Shown piece by piece: positions 48,493-57,191 of a DNA stretch of 64,000 nucleotides (the first letter of the stretch is position 1; each line of letters opens with the position of its first letter). The position numbers and the translations under genes were made by a program. Source of the DNA: Alkalispirochaeta sp. (GTDB lineage Bacteria; Spirochaetota; Spirochaetia; DSM-27196; Alkalispirochaetaceae); the NCBI GenBank assembly GCA_965242725.1, contig CBDESZ010000015.1, positions 17,347-81,346 on the forward strand, written 5' to 3'. The notes under the pieces were generated by a model, which saw only the letters and a program-made list of their open reading frames with translations, did no database searches and was not told where the DNA came from.

Positions 48493-50208
48493 CTATCCGC
48501 GACGGCCGGTCTTTCCCTTGCGTCCCTTTGGTCCCCGGGTCGCGTTCCGGCCCTTCCCGGACCGGTGCCGTTGACCGCTCTGCCTGCTTGACGGGGAATA
48601 CCGGGCGGCGACGACCTCCACGCGTATCGTCGTACCCTTGTACCGGTAACCGTCGAGGGCTTTTCGGACCCGGTTGGCCATGTCGCTGTCGACCTGTACG
48701 TCGCATGAGTCGGTGTTGATGTCGATTCGTCCGATGCGAATGTTTCCGGAGTCGGTCGCCTTGTTAATCAGCCCGATGATCTGCGGCGGCAGCACCGACT
48801 GGCGGCGGCCGACACTCAAACGGAGGCGGACCATTGGACCCGTCGCGTTCCGGTTCGGTTTGTTTTTACTTATTTTGCTCACCGTCGGATTGAGATCCTC
48901 GGCGCCCGCATATTGTTCGAGAAAACGATTGAATTCCACTGAAATGAACCGCTGCAGCAGTTCCTCCCGGTCAAAATCCGCAAGGGAGTCCCGAACCGCC
49001 TGGAGGTACGGCGCGACCGCCTCCTCGTTCACCTCCACGTCCTTCACGCGGGCAAGAAGATCCATGAGCCGGGCCTCGCAGATATCACGTCCCCTGGGGA
49101 TCTTCGCCTCCTCCAGTTTTCTGCCGATGGCCCGCTCGATGTGGGCAATTCGGTGCCCCTCACGCATGTGTACGAGGGCGAGGGACGCGCCGCTTCTGCC
49201 CGCCCGGCCGGTCCGACCGCTGCGGTGCGTGTAGGCGGAAACCTCGTCGGGAAGGTCGTAATGAATGACGTGAGTCAAATTATCCACGTCAAGGCCGCGG
49301 GCGGCGACGTCGGTGGCAACGAGAAGCGATGGATTTCCTTCGCGGAATCGACTCATCACCGAGTCGCGGTGTACCTGGGCAAGCTCACCATGAAGCGCAT
49401 CGGCGGCGTAGCCGTCCCGGGCGAGTCGCGCGGCAACGTCCTTTACGCCTTCCCTGGTGCGGCAAAAGATGATTGCATACATGCCGGACTTCACATCGAT
49501 TAACCGTTTGAGGGCCTCATACTTATCGTGAGCATGGACCCGGTAGAAGTAGTGAGTTACCGTACCCGCCCCCTCGTTCTTATGGCCTGCGACGATCTCG
49601 TGGGGGTTGGTCATATACGTCGCCGCGATTCGTGCAACTTCCGGCGGCATGGTGGCGGAAAAAAGCAGGGTCCGCCGGGAGGGATTTGCGGCGGCGAGAA
49701 TCGCGTCGAGCTCGTCCTTGAATCCCATGTCGAGCATTTGATCGGCCTCGTCAAGCACGAGGAAGCGGAGGGCGGAAAGATCGGCAATGCCTTTATCCAA
49801 AAGATCCTTCAGGCGCCCCGGCGTGGCCGTGATAATATGGGGTCCTGCATTCAGATCACGTATTTGAGGACCAAAGGAGGCACCACCATAGACGGTTGTC
49901 GTCCGGAGGCCTTTGAGGTTTGCTCCGTATTCCGCAATCTCCCGGGAGACCTGTAATCCAAGCTCCCGTGTGGGCGTCAGGATGAGCGCCTGGGTTGACC
50001 GGCTCTGCAGGTCGATTTTCTGAAGGATGGGCAGCCCGAACGCCGCGGTCTTCCCGGTCCCCGTCTGAGCCAATCCGGTGACATCCCGCTCCTCGTTCAG
50101 AAGAAATGGTATCATTTCAGCCTGTATGGGCGTCGGCGTCACAAATCCGCGCTTGCCGATCGCATCGAGCAGGGCCGTGGTGAGGCCCAGCTGGTCAAAA
50201 GTTGTCAT
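48493..50208 (-). CDS. DEAD-box RNA helicase (DeaD/CshA-like, with DbpA RNA-binding domain)
   Basis: AQTGTGKT, PTREL, DEAD, SAT, ARGLD and HRSGRTGR. Confidence 0.95.
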   Translation of the reverse strand: MTTFDQLGLTTALLDAIGKRGFVTPTPIQAEMIPFLLNEERDVTGLAQTGTGKTAAFGLPILQKIDLQSRSTQALILTPTRELGLQVSREIAEYGANLKGLRTTTVYGGASFGPQIRDLNAGPHIITATPGRLKDLLDKGIADLSALRFLVLDEADQMLDMGFKDELDAILAAANPSRRTLLFSATMPPEVARIAATYMTNPHEIVAGHKNEGAGTVTHYFYRVHAHDKYEALKRLIDVKSGMYAIIFCRTREGVKDVAARLARDGYAADALHGELAQVHRDSVMSRFREGNPSLLVATDVAARGLDVDNLTHVIHYDLPDEVSAYTHRSGRTGRAGRSGASLALVHMREGHRIAHIERAIGRKLEEAKIPRGRDICEARLMDLLARVKDVEVNEEAVAPYLQAVRDSLADFDREELLQRFISVEFNRFLEQYAGAEDLNPTVSKISKNKPNRNATGPMVRLRLSVGRRQSVLPPQIIGLINKATDSGNIRIGRIDINTDSCDVQVDSDMANRVRKALDGYRYKGTTIRVEVVAARYSPSSRQSGQRHRSGKGRNATRGPKGRKGKTGRRG

Positions 50209-50644
50209 TTCTTCCTCGCTTCCGGGCTCTGCCCGGGTGTTTATGACCATATGAGGTGGAGAGGGTGAAGTCAAATAACGATTCCGTTTTTCGACCGTCT
50301 CGGGCAGGAGCTATTGTTACCTTTACTGTTGAGTCTATGGACAAAAGGGAAGAATATTCCTGCACAAATTATAAAAGTGGCCCGACAGGACATCAATCCG
50401 GATGACGTCCTCAGTGATCCGGTCTATTGCAGTGGGAACGACTTCGTCGCTCCGGTGAACCGGATGGTTCAATATAAGAAATTTAACGAAACACCGGCAG
50501 ATATGGTTCTCTATTCCGTATCTATGGGCTGGTCGGTGCCTGTCGGCACCTGCTCGCAGAAGGCGCGTATCCGAAAGGAACGCGCCGACACTATGCATCC
50601 TGGGCTGGTCGCAATCCTTCGGATTGCTGCTCGCCCATGCATCC

Positions 50645-50716
50645 TGGGCGTAACTGGATTTGAACCAGTGACTTCTACCGTGTGAAGGTAGCACTCTCCC
50701 ACTGAGTTATACGCCC
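50645..50716 (-). tRNA. tRNA-Val (anticodon CAC)
   Basis: GGGCGTATAACTCAGTGGGAGAGTGCTACCTTCACACGGTAGAAGTCACTGGTTCAAATCCAGTTACGCCCA folds as a cloverleaf; CCA is not encoded. Confidence 0.95.
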
Positions 50717-50947
50717 TCAATCGAGCTCAAATATAGCGTAGAGCTTCGCCTTTCGCAAGTAGGGCGGCGCGGCCGACTCCGGGCGGGATAAAGCCGGGCG
50801 CTGCGTCGGTATAGGCGCCCGACCCTGCCGACGCGGCGCACCCGTGGGCGGCGCAACGGACGCATTGTGCCCGCCGGCGACAAACGCGCCGCGCCTGCCT
50901 GCGGCGTCGCGGCGGAAGGCGCAAGCCCGCGCCTTCCTCGGCCGCTC

Positions 50948-53900
50948 CTACTTCTCCACCTCCGCAAAGGTGAAGGTCTCCCGGTAGCTCTCCAGGGGCT
51001 CGCAACTGCAGACGAGGTTGCGGTCGCCGTGGACGTTGTCCACTCTGCTCACCGCCGGCCAGAACTTGTTTTCCCTGGTCCACGGCGCGGGGTAGGCGGC
51101 GCGCTCGCGGCTGTAGGGGTGGTGCCACTCGTCGGTGAGGTCCAGGAGCGTGTGGGGCGCGTTGACGAGAAGGTTGTCGTCCTTGGGCATGGTGCCGGCG
51201 GCGACTTCGTCGATTTCACCGAGGATCGCGATCATGGCGTCGCAGAAGCGGTCGAGTTCGTCCTTGTCTTCGCTTTCCGTCGGCTCCACCATGAGGGAGC
51301 TGTGCAGCGGCCACGACATTGTGGGGGCGTGAAAGCCGTAGTCGGCGAGGCGCTTCGCCACGTCCTCCACGGTGATCTCGCTCTCCTTCTCTATCTTCCG
51401 GAAGTCCAGGATGCACTCGTGGGCGACAAAGCCCTGTTCGCCGGTGAAGGCGATGCTTATGTACGGCCTCAGGCGGGCAGCGATGTAGTTGGCGTTGAGA
51501 ATGGCGATCTCGCTCGCCCGGCGGAGGCCGTCGGGTCCCATCATGGCGATGTATGCGTAGGGGATCGGCAGGACGCCTGCGCTGCCCAGGGGAGCGCCTA
51601 CCACCACGCCCGTAGGTCCGGGGTTGTCGAATACGCCGGGGAGGTAGGGAGTGAGGTGTTCCGCCGTGAGCACCGGACCGACGCCGGGACCGCCGCCGCC
51701 GTGGGGAATCGCAAAGGTTTTGTGAAGGTTGAGGTGACACACATCGGCACCGATGTCGCCGGGGCTGGTGATGCCCACCTGGGCGTTCATGTTCGCCCCG
51801 TCCATATAGACCTGGCCGCCCCGGTCATGGACGATCGCGATGGCTTCCCTGATTCGTGATTCATAGACGCCGTGGGTGGAGGGGTAGGTGATCATCATCG
51901 CCGCGAGGTCGTCGGCGTGTTCATCGGCCTTGGCCCTGAGATCGTCCAGATCGATATCGCCGTTATCCGCGCTGTTTACGACGACCACCTTCATGCCCGC
52001 CATTGCGGCGCTCGCCGGATTGGTGCCGTGGGCGGAGTCGGGGACGAGACATACTTTGCGGTTGTGTTCTCCCCGGGCGTGGTGCCATGAGCGGATGATC
52101 ATCAGCCCCGTATACTCTCCGTGAGCACCGCTGTTTGGCTGCAATGTGCAGCCGTGAAATCCGGTGATGTCACAGAGCCATGACGAGAGCTCCTCCGAAA
52201 GAATCCGATATCCCCCGGCCTGCCACGCCGGTGCGTAGGGATGAAGGGAGGCAAACTCGGGCCACGTGATCGGCTCCATCGCCGCGGTGGGGTTGAGCTT
52301 CATCGTGCAGCTTCCCAGGGCGATCATGGAATGGGCAAGGGAGAGGTCCCTGTTCTGCAGGGCGGTGATGTAGCGGAGGAGTGCCGTTTCCGAACGGTAC
52401 CGGTGAAATACCGGCTCCGTGAGATAGTCCGTCGTCCGTTCAAACTGTACATGCGGGCGGTAGCGCGTCGTCGCGACTCGCTCTTCCATGCTGCTCGGTT
52501 CCAGGGCGATTCCCACGGCGGTGAGCAGACGGGTGAGTTCCTCTACCGTGCTCCGCTCGTCGAGGGAGATGCCCAGGCGACCGTCCTCGAAGGCGCGGAG
52601 GTTGAAACCCGCCTCGGTGGCGGCGGCAAGGTAGCGCTGCTGCGTCACCCGGTCGGTGTTGAGGGTAACCGTGTCGAATATTTCTCCCTCCATGACGGGT
52701 ATGCGGTGCTCCCTGAGGACGTCGCGCAGCGCGTTCGCCAGGGTGGTAATACGCAGGGCGATGCGGCGTATTCCTTCCGGACCGTGATAGACGGCGTACA
52801 TGGAGGCCATAATCGCCAGGAGGACCTGGGCGGTGCAGATATTGCTCGTCGCCTTGTCGCGGCGGATATGCTGTTCCCGGGTCTGCAGTGCGAGGCGCAT
52901 CGCCGGCCTGCCGTGGCGATCCCGGCTGACGCCGACGAGTCGGCCCGGCATGAGGCGCTTGTGCGCTTCCCGTGTGGCAAGGAACGCCGCGTGGGGGCCA
53001 CCGTACCCCATGGGCACGCCGAATCGCTGGGAGTTACCCACGACGATATCGGCACCCCATTCTCCCGGCGCCGAGAGGAGGGTGAGGGAGAGCAGGTCGG
53101 TCACGACGATCGCCATCGCTCCCGCGTCGTGGAGCTCGTCAACCACCATCCGGTAGTCCTCGATGATGCCGTCGGTGTTTGGATACTGTACCACCCCGGC
53201 GATGTCCTGTTCCTGCAGTTGCCACTGGTCCACCGGGGCAACCATGACGTCGATGTCCAGCGGCTCCGAGCGGGTCTGCAGGTGGGCGATCGTCTGGGGA
53301 TGGAGGCGCGTATCAAGCCAGATCCGGGCGCTTGCGCCTCTGGGACCGCGATGGGCGCGCATGGCCATGGTCATCGCCTCGCCGGTGGCGGTCGCCTCGT
53401 CGAGCATGGAGGCGTTTGTGATTTCCATGCCCGTGAGCTGAATGATCATCGTCTGAAAATTGAGAAGCGCTTCCAGTCGTCCCTGGGAGATCTCCGCCTG
53501 ATAGGGGGTGTACTGGGTATACCAGCGGGGATTTTCCAGAATGTTGCGGAGAATCACCGGCGGCGTGATGGTATCGTAAAATCCCATGCCGATGAGGCTG
53601 CGCATGGGCACATTCCGGTCGGCGATGCGCCGCATCCGATCAAGGAGCTGGTCTTCCGTCAGCGCCCGGGGGGTATCAAGTGGTGCCGCCCGCTCCAGGC
53701 CGGCGGGGACCGTTTTTGCGATGAGCTCCTCCACACTTTCCACCCCGACGGTGGCGAGCATTTCCGCAATATCCTCATCCCGCGGTCCGTTATGCCGGAA
53801 GTTGTACTCCAGATGGCGGTCAAAAAGATCGGTTGCCGAGGGAATGCGTGTGTATTTCGGCTTGTAGACGGGCCCCTTGTTCTGACGGCATTTGATGCGC

Positions 53901-54967
53901 CGCGTCCGTACGGCGACCCAGAGGGGCGCGTCGGCGGGTATCTCCCGGTCCACGTAGGCGTTGGCGATAAAGCCGCCCGTTGAGGGGGAGGCGCCGCCTG
54001 AGGCGACGACGCCGACTTCATTACCGTCGCCGTCGACGACACCGTATCCTTCCCGGGGAACGCCCGGCTCAACGGTGATCAGCCGGCGGAGATTGCGCGC
54101 CGGCTTCTCCTTCTTCCGCGCCACGATGGCGTCCCGACCGATAAAGTCGTGGGCAAGGTCGCACGCCCAGAGGAGGCGCGCCTCCACGGGGGTGAGTTCT
54201 TCGGTGAGTTCATGGCCGTAGAGGGCGAAGCCCGACTCCAGTCTGAGGCTATCCCGCGCGCCCAGCCCCACCGGTACGGCGTGAATGCCGAGGCGCTCCG
54301 CTTCGGCAATGAGATGCGTCCAGACCGCTTCCGCCGCCGCTGCGGGAAGGAAGAGTTCAAAGCCGTCCTCGCCGGTGTATCCCGTCCGACCCGCTTCTAT
54401 TTCCGTTTTTGTTGAACCCGAAGGGTCACTCCACGATACCGACACGATACCAAAGCGGGGAACCTCCGCGAGGGCGCCGTCGATCGCCTCAAAACAGAGT
54501 GCCGCCGCGCGCGGTCCCTGAACGGCGAGCATCGCCGTATCGTCGCTCTCATCGGAGAGGGTGACCCCGCTTTTTGGCAGGTGTTCGGTAAACCACTGGA
54601 CGTCCCGTTCCCGGCGGCTCGCGTTGACGACGACAAGATACTCCGTCTCCCCCGTGCGGTAGACAAAGGTGTCGTCAATGACGCCGCCGTCCTCTCTGGT
54701 GAGGAGTGCGTACGTGGAAAGCCCGATGTCCAGGGTGGTGATGTCGGCGGTGAGTAGAGACGAGAGCCAGGGGGCGGCATCCTTCCCGCTCACCCTGACC
54801 TGTCCCATGTGGGAAATATCAAAGAGGCCCACCGAGTTGCGGGTCTTGTGGTGCTCTTCAATCGTTCCCGAGGGATATTGTACCGGCATGTTCCATCCGG
54901 CAAAATCGGTAAAACGGGCTCCTGCGGCGGCGTGCCACTCATACAGACCGGTCTGTTTTGCGTGCAT
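50948..54967 (-). CDS. gcvT-gcvP: Fused glycine cleavage T protein (aminomethyltransferase) and P protein (glycine dehydrogenase)
   Basis: GcvT motifs F.GW.MP..Y, GLFDISHMG, RTGYTGEDGFE and GLGARDSLRLE; GcvP motifs YTPYQ.EISQGRLE, ATSNICT, LGSCTMK and HLNLHKTF. Single ORF with AAGGAG RBS before ATG 54967. Confidence 0.93.
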   Translation of the reverse strand: MHAKQTGLYEWHAAAGARFTDFAGWNMPVQYPSGTIEEHHKTRNSVGLFDISHMGQVRVSGKDAAPWLSSLLTADITTLDIGLSTYALLTREDGGVIDDTFVYRTGETEYLVVVNASRRERDVQWFTEHLPKSGVTLSDESDDTAMLAVQGPRAAALCFEAIDGALAEVPRFGIVSVSWSDPSGSTKTEIEAGRTGYTGEDGFELFLPAAAAEAVWTHLIAEAERLGIHAVPVGLGARDSLRLESGFALYGHELTEELTPVEARLLWACDLAHDFIGRDAIVARKKEKPARNLRRLITVEPGVPREGYGVVDGDGNEVGVVASGGASPSTGGFIANAYVDREIPADAPLWVAVRTRRIKCRQNKGPVYKPKYTRIPSATDLFDRHLEYNFRHNGPRDEDIAEMLATVGVESVEELIAKTVPAGLERAAPLDTPRALTEDQLLDRMRRIADRNVPMRSLIGMGFYDTITPPVILRNILENPRWYTQYTPYQAEISQGRLEALLNFQTMIIQLTGMEITNASMLDEATATGEAMTMAMRAHRGPRGASARIWLDTRLHPQTIAHLQTRSEPLDIDVMVAPVDQWQLQEQDIAGVVQYPNTDGIIEDYRMVVDELHDAGAMAIVVTDLLSLTLLSAPGEWGADIVVGNSQRFGVPMGYGGPHAAFLATREAHKRLMPGRLVGVSRDRHGRPAMRLALQTREQHIRRDKATSNICTAQVLLAIMASMYAVYHGPEGIRRIALRITTLANALRDVLREHRIPVMEGEIFDTVTLNTDRVTQQRYLAAATEAGFNLRAFEDGRLGISLDERSTVEELTRLLTAVGIALEPSSMEERVATTRYRPHVQFERTTDYLTEPVFHRYRSETALLRYITALQNRDLSLAHSMIALGSCTMKLNPTAAMEPITWPEFASLHPYAPAWQAGGYRILSEELSSWLCDITGFHGCTLQPNSGAHGEYTGLMIIRSWHHARGEHNRKVCLVPDSAHGTNPASAAMAGMKVVVVNSADNGDIDLDDLRAKADEHADDLAAMMITYPSTHGVYESRIREAIAIVHDRGGQVYMDGANMNAQVGITSPGDIGADVCHLNLHKTFAIPHGGGGPGVGPVLTAEHLTPYLPGVFDNPGPTGVVVGAPLGSAGVLPIPYAYIAMMGPDGLRRASEIAILNANYIAARLRPYISIAFTGEQGFVAHECILDFRKIEKESEITVEDVAKRLADYGFHAPTMSWPLHSSLMVEPTESEDKDELDRFCDAMIAILGEIDEVAAGTMPKDDNLLVNAPHTLLDLTDEWHHPYSRERAAYPAPWTRENKFWPAVSRVDNVHGDRNLVCSCEPLESYRETFTFAEVEK

Positions 54968-54987
54968 AGGTACTCCTTCTCGCCTAT

Positions 54988-55199
54988 GCCCTGTCCTGGA
55001 CCTGAGAGATTGACCGGTGCGCACGCGCCGCCCGGCGTTCCCCTTCGGTGTGGCCGCGTGGAGGACGACCAGCTCTCCAGAGCGTTACTCCCGTTTTCCG
55101 ATCCTTTTGCCTGAGAGTTTCAGCGTAAGCCCGGCACGCTTACCTTTGCACCTTCGGCGGCTGCGGGATCATGATCCGGCGGCCCTCTCTCGGAAAACG
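54988..55199 (-). ncRNA. Tandem glycine riboswitch (two aptamers)
   Basis: Aptamer 1 (55092-55199): GAGAGA…CCGAAGG…AAACTCTCAGG. Aptamer 2 (54988-55083): CTGGAGAG…CACCGAAGG…AATCTCTCAGG. Directly upstream of gcvT-gcvP. Confidence 0.93.
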
Positions 55200-55239
55200 C
55201 AGTTAACTCACTACAGCCTATGCTCCGTTGGGGAGCCTG

Positions 55240-55890
55240 TCAACTTTTTCCGTCCCTCCCCGGTGACGAGGCGGCGATGGTGTCGCCTATGCGGCGAATG
55301 ACCGGCTCCAGCTCCTCGGGATGGTCGACGTGAAAAGATTCGGTATTGACGAATATCTTGGGTGAGAGGTCGTACCTGTCGTACCACGACAGATAGCGCC
55401 CGTTCAGTCCCTCCAGGTACTCCCGGGGGATGTCCGACTCCAGCCCGCGGTTGCGTTTCCTGATGCGTTCCAGCGCGGTATCGACGGAGGCGTCAAGATA
55501 GATGAGGAGCTGCGGCCGCTGGACGTGTTCAAGCATGTTGTCCAGGAGCGTCGTATAGGTGCGGAACTCCTCCTCCGACATGTCACCGTCGGCGGCAAGC
55601 ATTTCCGCAAATATCCGGTCGCCGAAGATGGAGCGGTCCAGGACGCCGCCGCCGTCGCGGAAGATCTGCTTGATCATGCGGAAGCGTTCGTTGAGAAAAT
55701 GGATCTGCAGGGTGAAGGCCCACCGGCGCTTGTCCGCGTAAAATCGGTCAAGTAGTGCGAGGGTGTCGGGATTGCCCAGCTCCCGGTAGAGGGGTATGCC
55801 GAAGCGCCGTTCTATGATCTCCCCGATCGTCGTTTTGCCCACGCCGATCTGTCCTTCGATGAGTATCACCGGAAATTCTCCTCTGCTCAT
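55240..55890 (-). CDS. Deoxynucleoside kinase
   Basis: IEG.IGVGKTT, LQ..FL..RF, DRSI..D..FA and RI..R.R..E. Confidence 0.92.
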   Translation of the reverse strand: MSRGEFPVILIEGQIGVGKTTIGEIIERRFGIPLYRELGNPDTLALLDRFYADKRRWAFTLQIHFLNERFRMIKQIFRDGGGVLDRSIFGDRIFAEMLAADGDMSEEEFRTYTTLLDNMLEHVQRPQLLIYLDASVDTALERIRKRNRGLESDIPREYLEGLNGRYLSWYDRYDLSPKIFVNTESFHVDHPEELEPVIRRIGDTIAASSPGRDGKS

Positions 55891-55902
55891 ATGTCCTTTG
55901 CG

Positions 55903-57159
55903 TTACATGCGGGCGCCGACGGTAAAACTGAACACCCACGCCGGGTTGACCATGTTGTACGCCACATCCAGTCCCAGTGCGGGTATGGCGACGCGGCGAA
56001 TATAGACGCGAAAACCGCCGCCGGGACCGTAGTAGAGTTGCCCGTCAAGGGCGTCACTGTCAAATGCCCCCGCCTCCCAGTAGTGGGAGAGGACAAAAGC
56101 TCCCCAATCGGTGCTGACCACGGGCAGATCGTATATGACGCTCCCGCCGGCCCAGCGGTCGGCGTAGGTCGCCTGATAGGGGAGGGTTCGAAATGCGTCC
56201 CTGTCGCTGATCAGCGTCTCATTGAGTACGGGCATTGCTCCGTATCCGCCGGAACCGACGATGCGGGCACGATGGGTGCCGAAGACGGGAACGCCCCAGG
56301 AGAGATCTCCCCGGACTCGCCATCCCTCTTCCGGTGTGAGAACGCTTCCGCCGACGGACGCCTCGGGACCCATCATCAGCACGTCTACCGGGCGGGTGCC
56401 GTCGTAGTCCAACGAGATTTCCGGTTCCAGGTACCATCCATCCTCGGGGGAACGGTCATCGGTACCTCCCCGGAAATCGGTTATTGAGCTTGTCGACACG
56501 GAAAGGCGGGACCGGATACGGAGGGTCGATGTGATACCGTAGCCTATTCCCAGTCCCACACGCCGGTCGTCGGTGGTGAAGCGTCGTATCACCTCACCGT
56601 CGGGGCGGAGCGCCTCCACGTCGGAACGTCCACCGGCGGCACTCACCGACGCAGACCATGGTCCCCCCGAAACGGACGGATCGGCATAGACAAAGAATCC
56701 CCGCGCCCCGTCGGTACCGCCGAAGGCGGCACTGATGAGCTGCTTGTTCCGCCCGAAGAGGTTGCTTTCAATGAGTATCAGGCCGCCGTTGACGCCGTCT
56801 CCGCCGGTACTGAAAAAGGGCACGGGAACGAGGGTCCACTTCTCTTCAAGGGTGATGCGCAGATCCACCTCCGAGGCGTTTCCCGGAGCCGGTCGGGGCG
56901 TTGCGGAGACCGCCACGGATGCAAAGAGATCGCTCTTCTGCAGTTCCCGTTCAACCGTCCTGATCGTCGACTCATCCACGGGATCGCCCCGTTGAAGGTC
57001 GATAATATCGAGTACCACCGTCTCGTCGGTTCTGCGCAATCCCTCTATGCGGATCTCCTGGAGAACCCGGCCGTCCTGGGCGGCGACGGATGTAAGTATG
57101 ACAAGAAAAAGCACCAGTATTGGTGCTTTTTGTATTGAGCTGAGCGTCTTGGGCACCAT
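55903..57159 (-). CDS. Omp85/BamA-TamA superfamily outer-membrane protein with one POTRA domain
   Basis: Signal peptide; I.I.GL.RT….V…LF..V POTRA; EKW…P.P, E.NLFG; C-terminal beta-strands. Confidence 0.82.
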   Translation of the reverse strand: MVPKTLSSIQKAPILVLFLVILTSVAAQDGRVLQEIRIEGLRRTDETVVLDIIDLQRGDPVDESTIRTVERELQKSDLFASVAVSATPRPAPGNASEVDLRITLEEKWTLVPVPFFSTGGDGVNGGLILIESNLFGRNKQLISAAFGGTDGARGFFVYADPSVSGGPWSASVSAAGGRSDVEALRPDGEVIRRFTTDDRRVGLGIGYGITSTLRIRSRLSVSTSSITDFRGGTDDRSPEDGWYLEPEISLDYDGTRPVDVLMMGPEASVGGSVLTPEEGWRVRGDLSWGVPVFGTHRARIVGSGGYGAMPVLNETLISDRDAFRTLPYQATYADRWAGGSVIYDLPVVSTDWGAFVLSHYWEAGAFDSDALDGQLYYGPGGGFRVYIRRVAIPALGLDVAYNMVNPAWVFSFTVGARM

Positions 57160-57191
57160 CGGTAGAAAGTACCACAAGACGCCCGTAAAGG

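Noticed and set aside
50750..50946. Structured ncRNA between tRNA-Val and gcvP
   Set aside because: It contains GC-rich hairpins consistent with termination, and I recognised no SRP, 6S or other motif.
52241..53983. Long antisense ORFs (also 50867-51859, 60564-61952, and the 5' extension of 38283-39980)
   Set aside because: These are shadow frames of GC-rich coding genes with no recognisable motifs.
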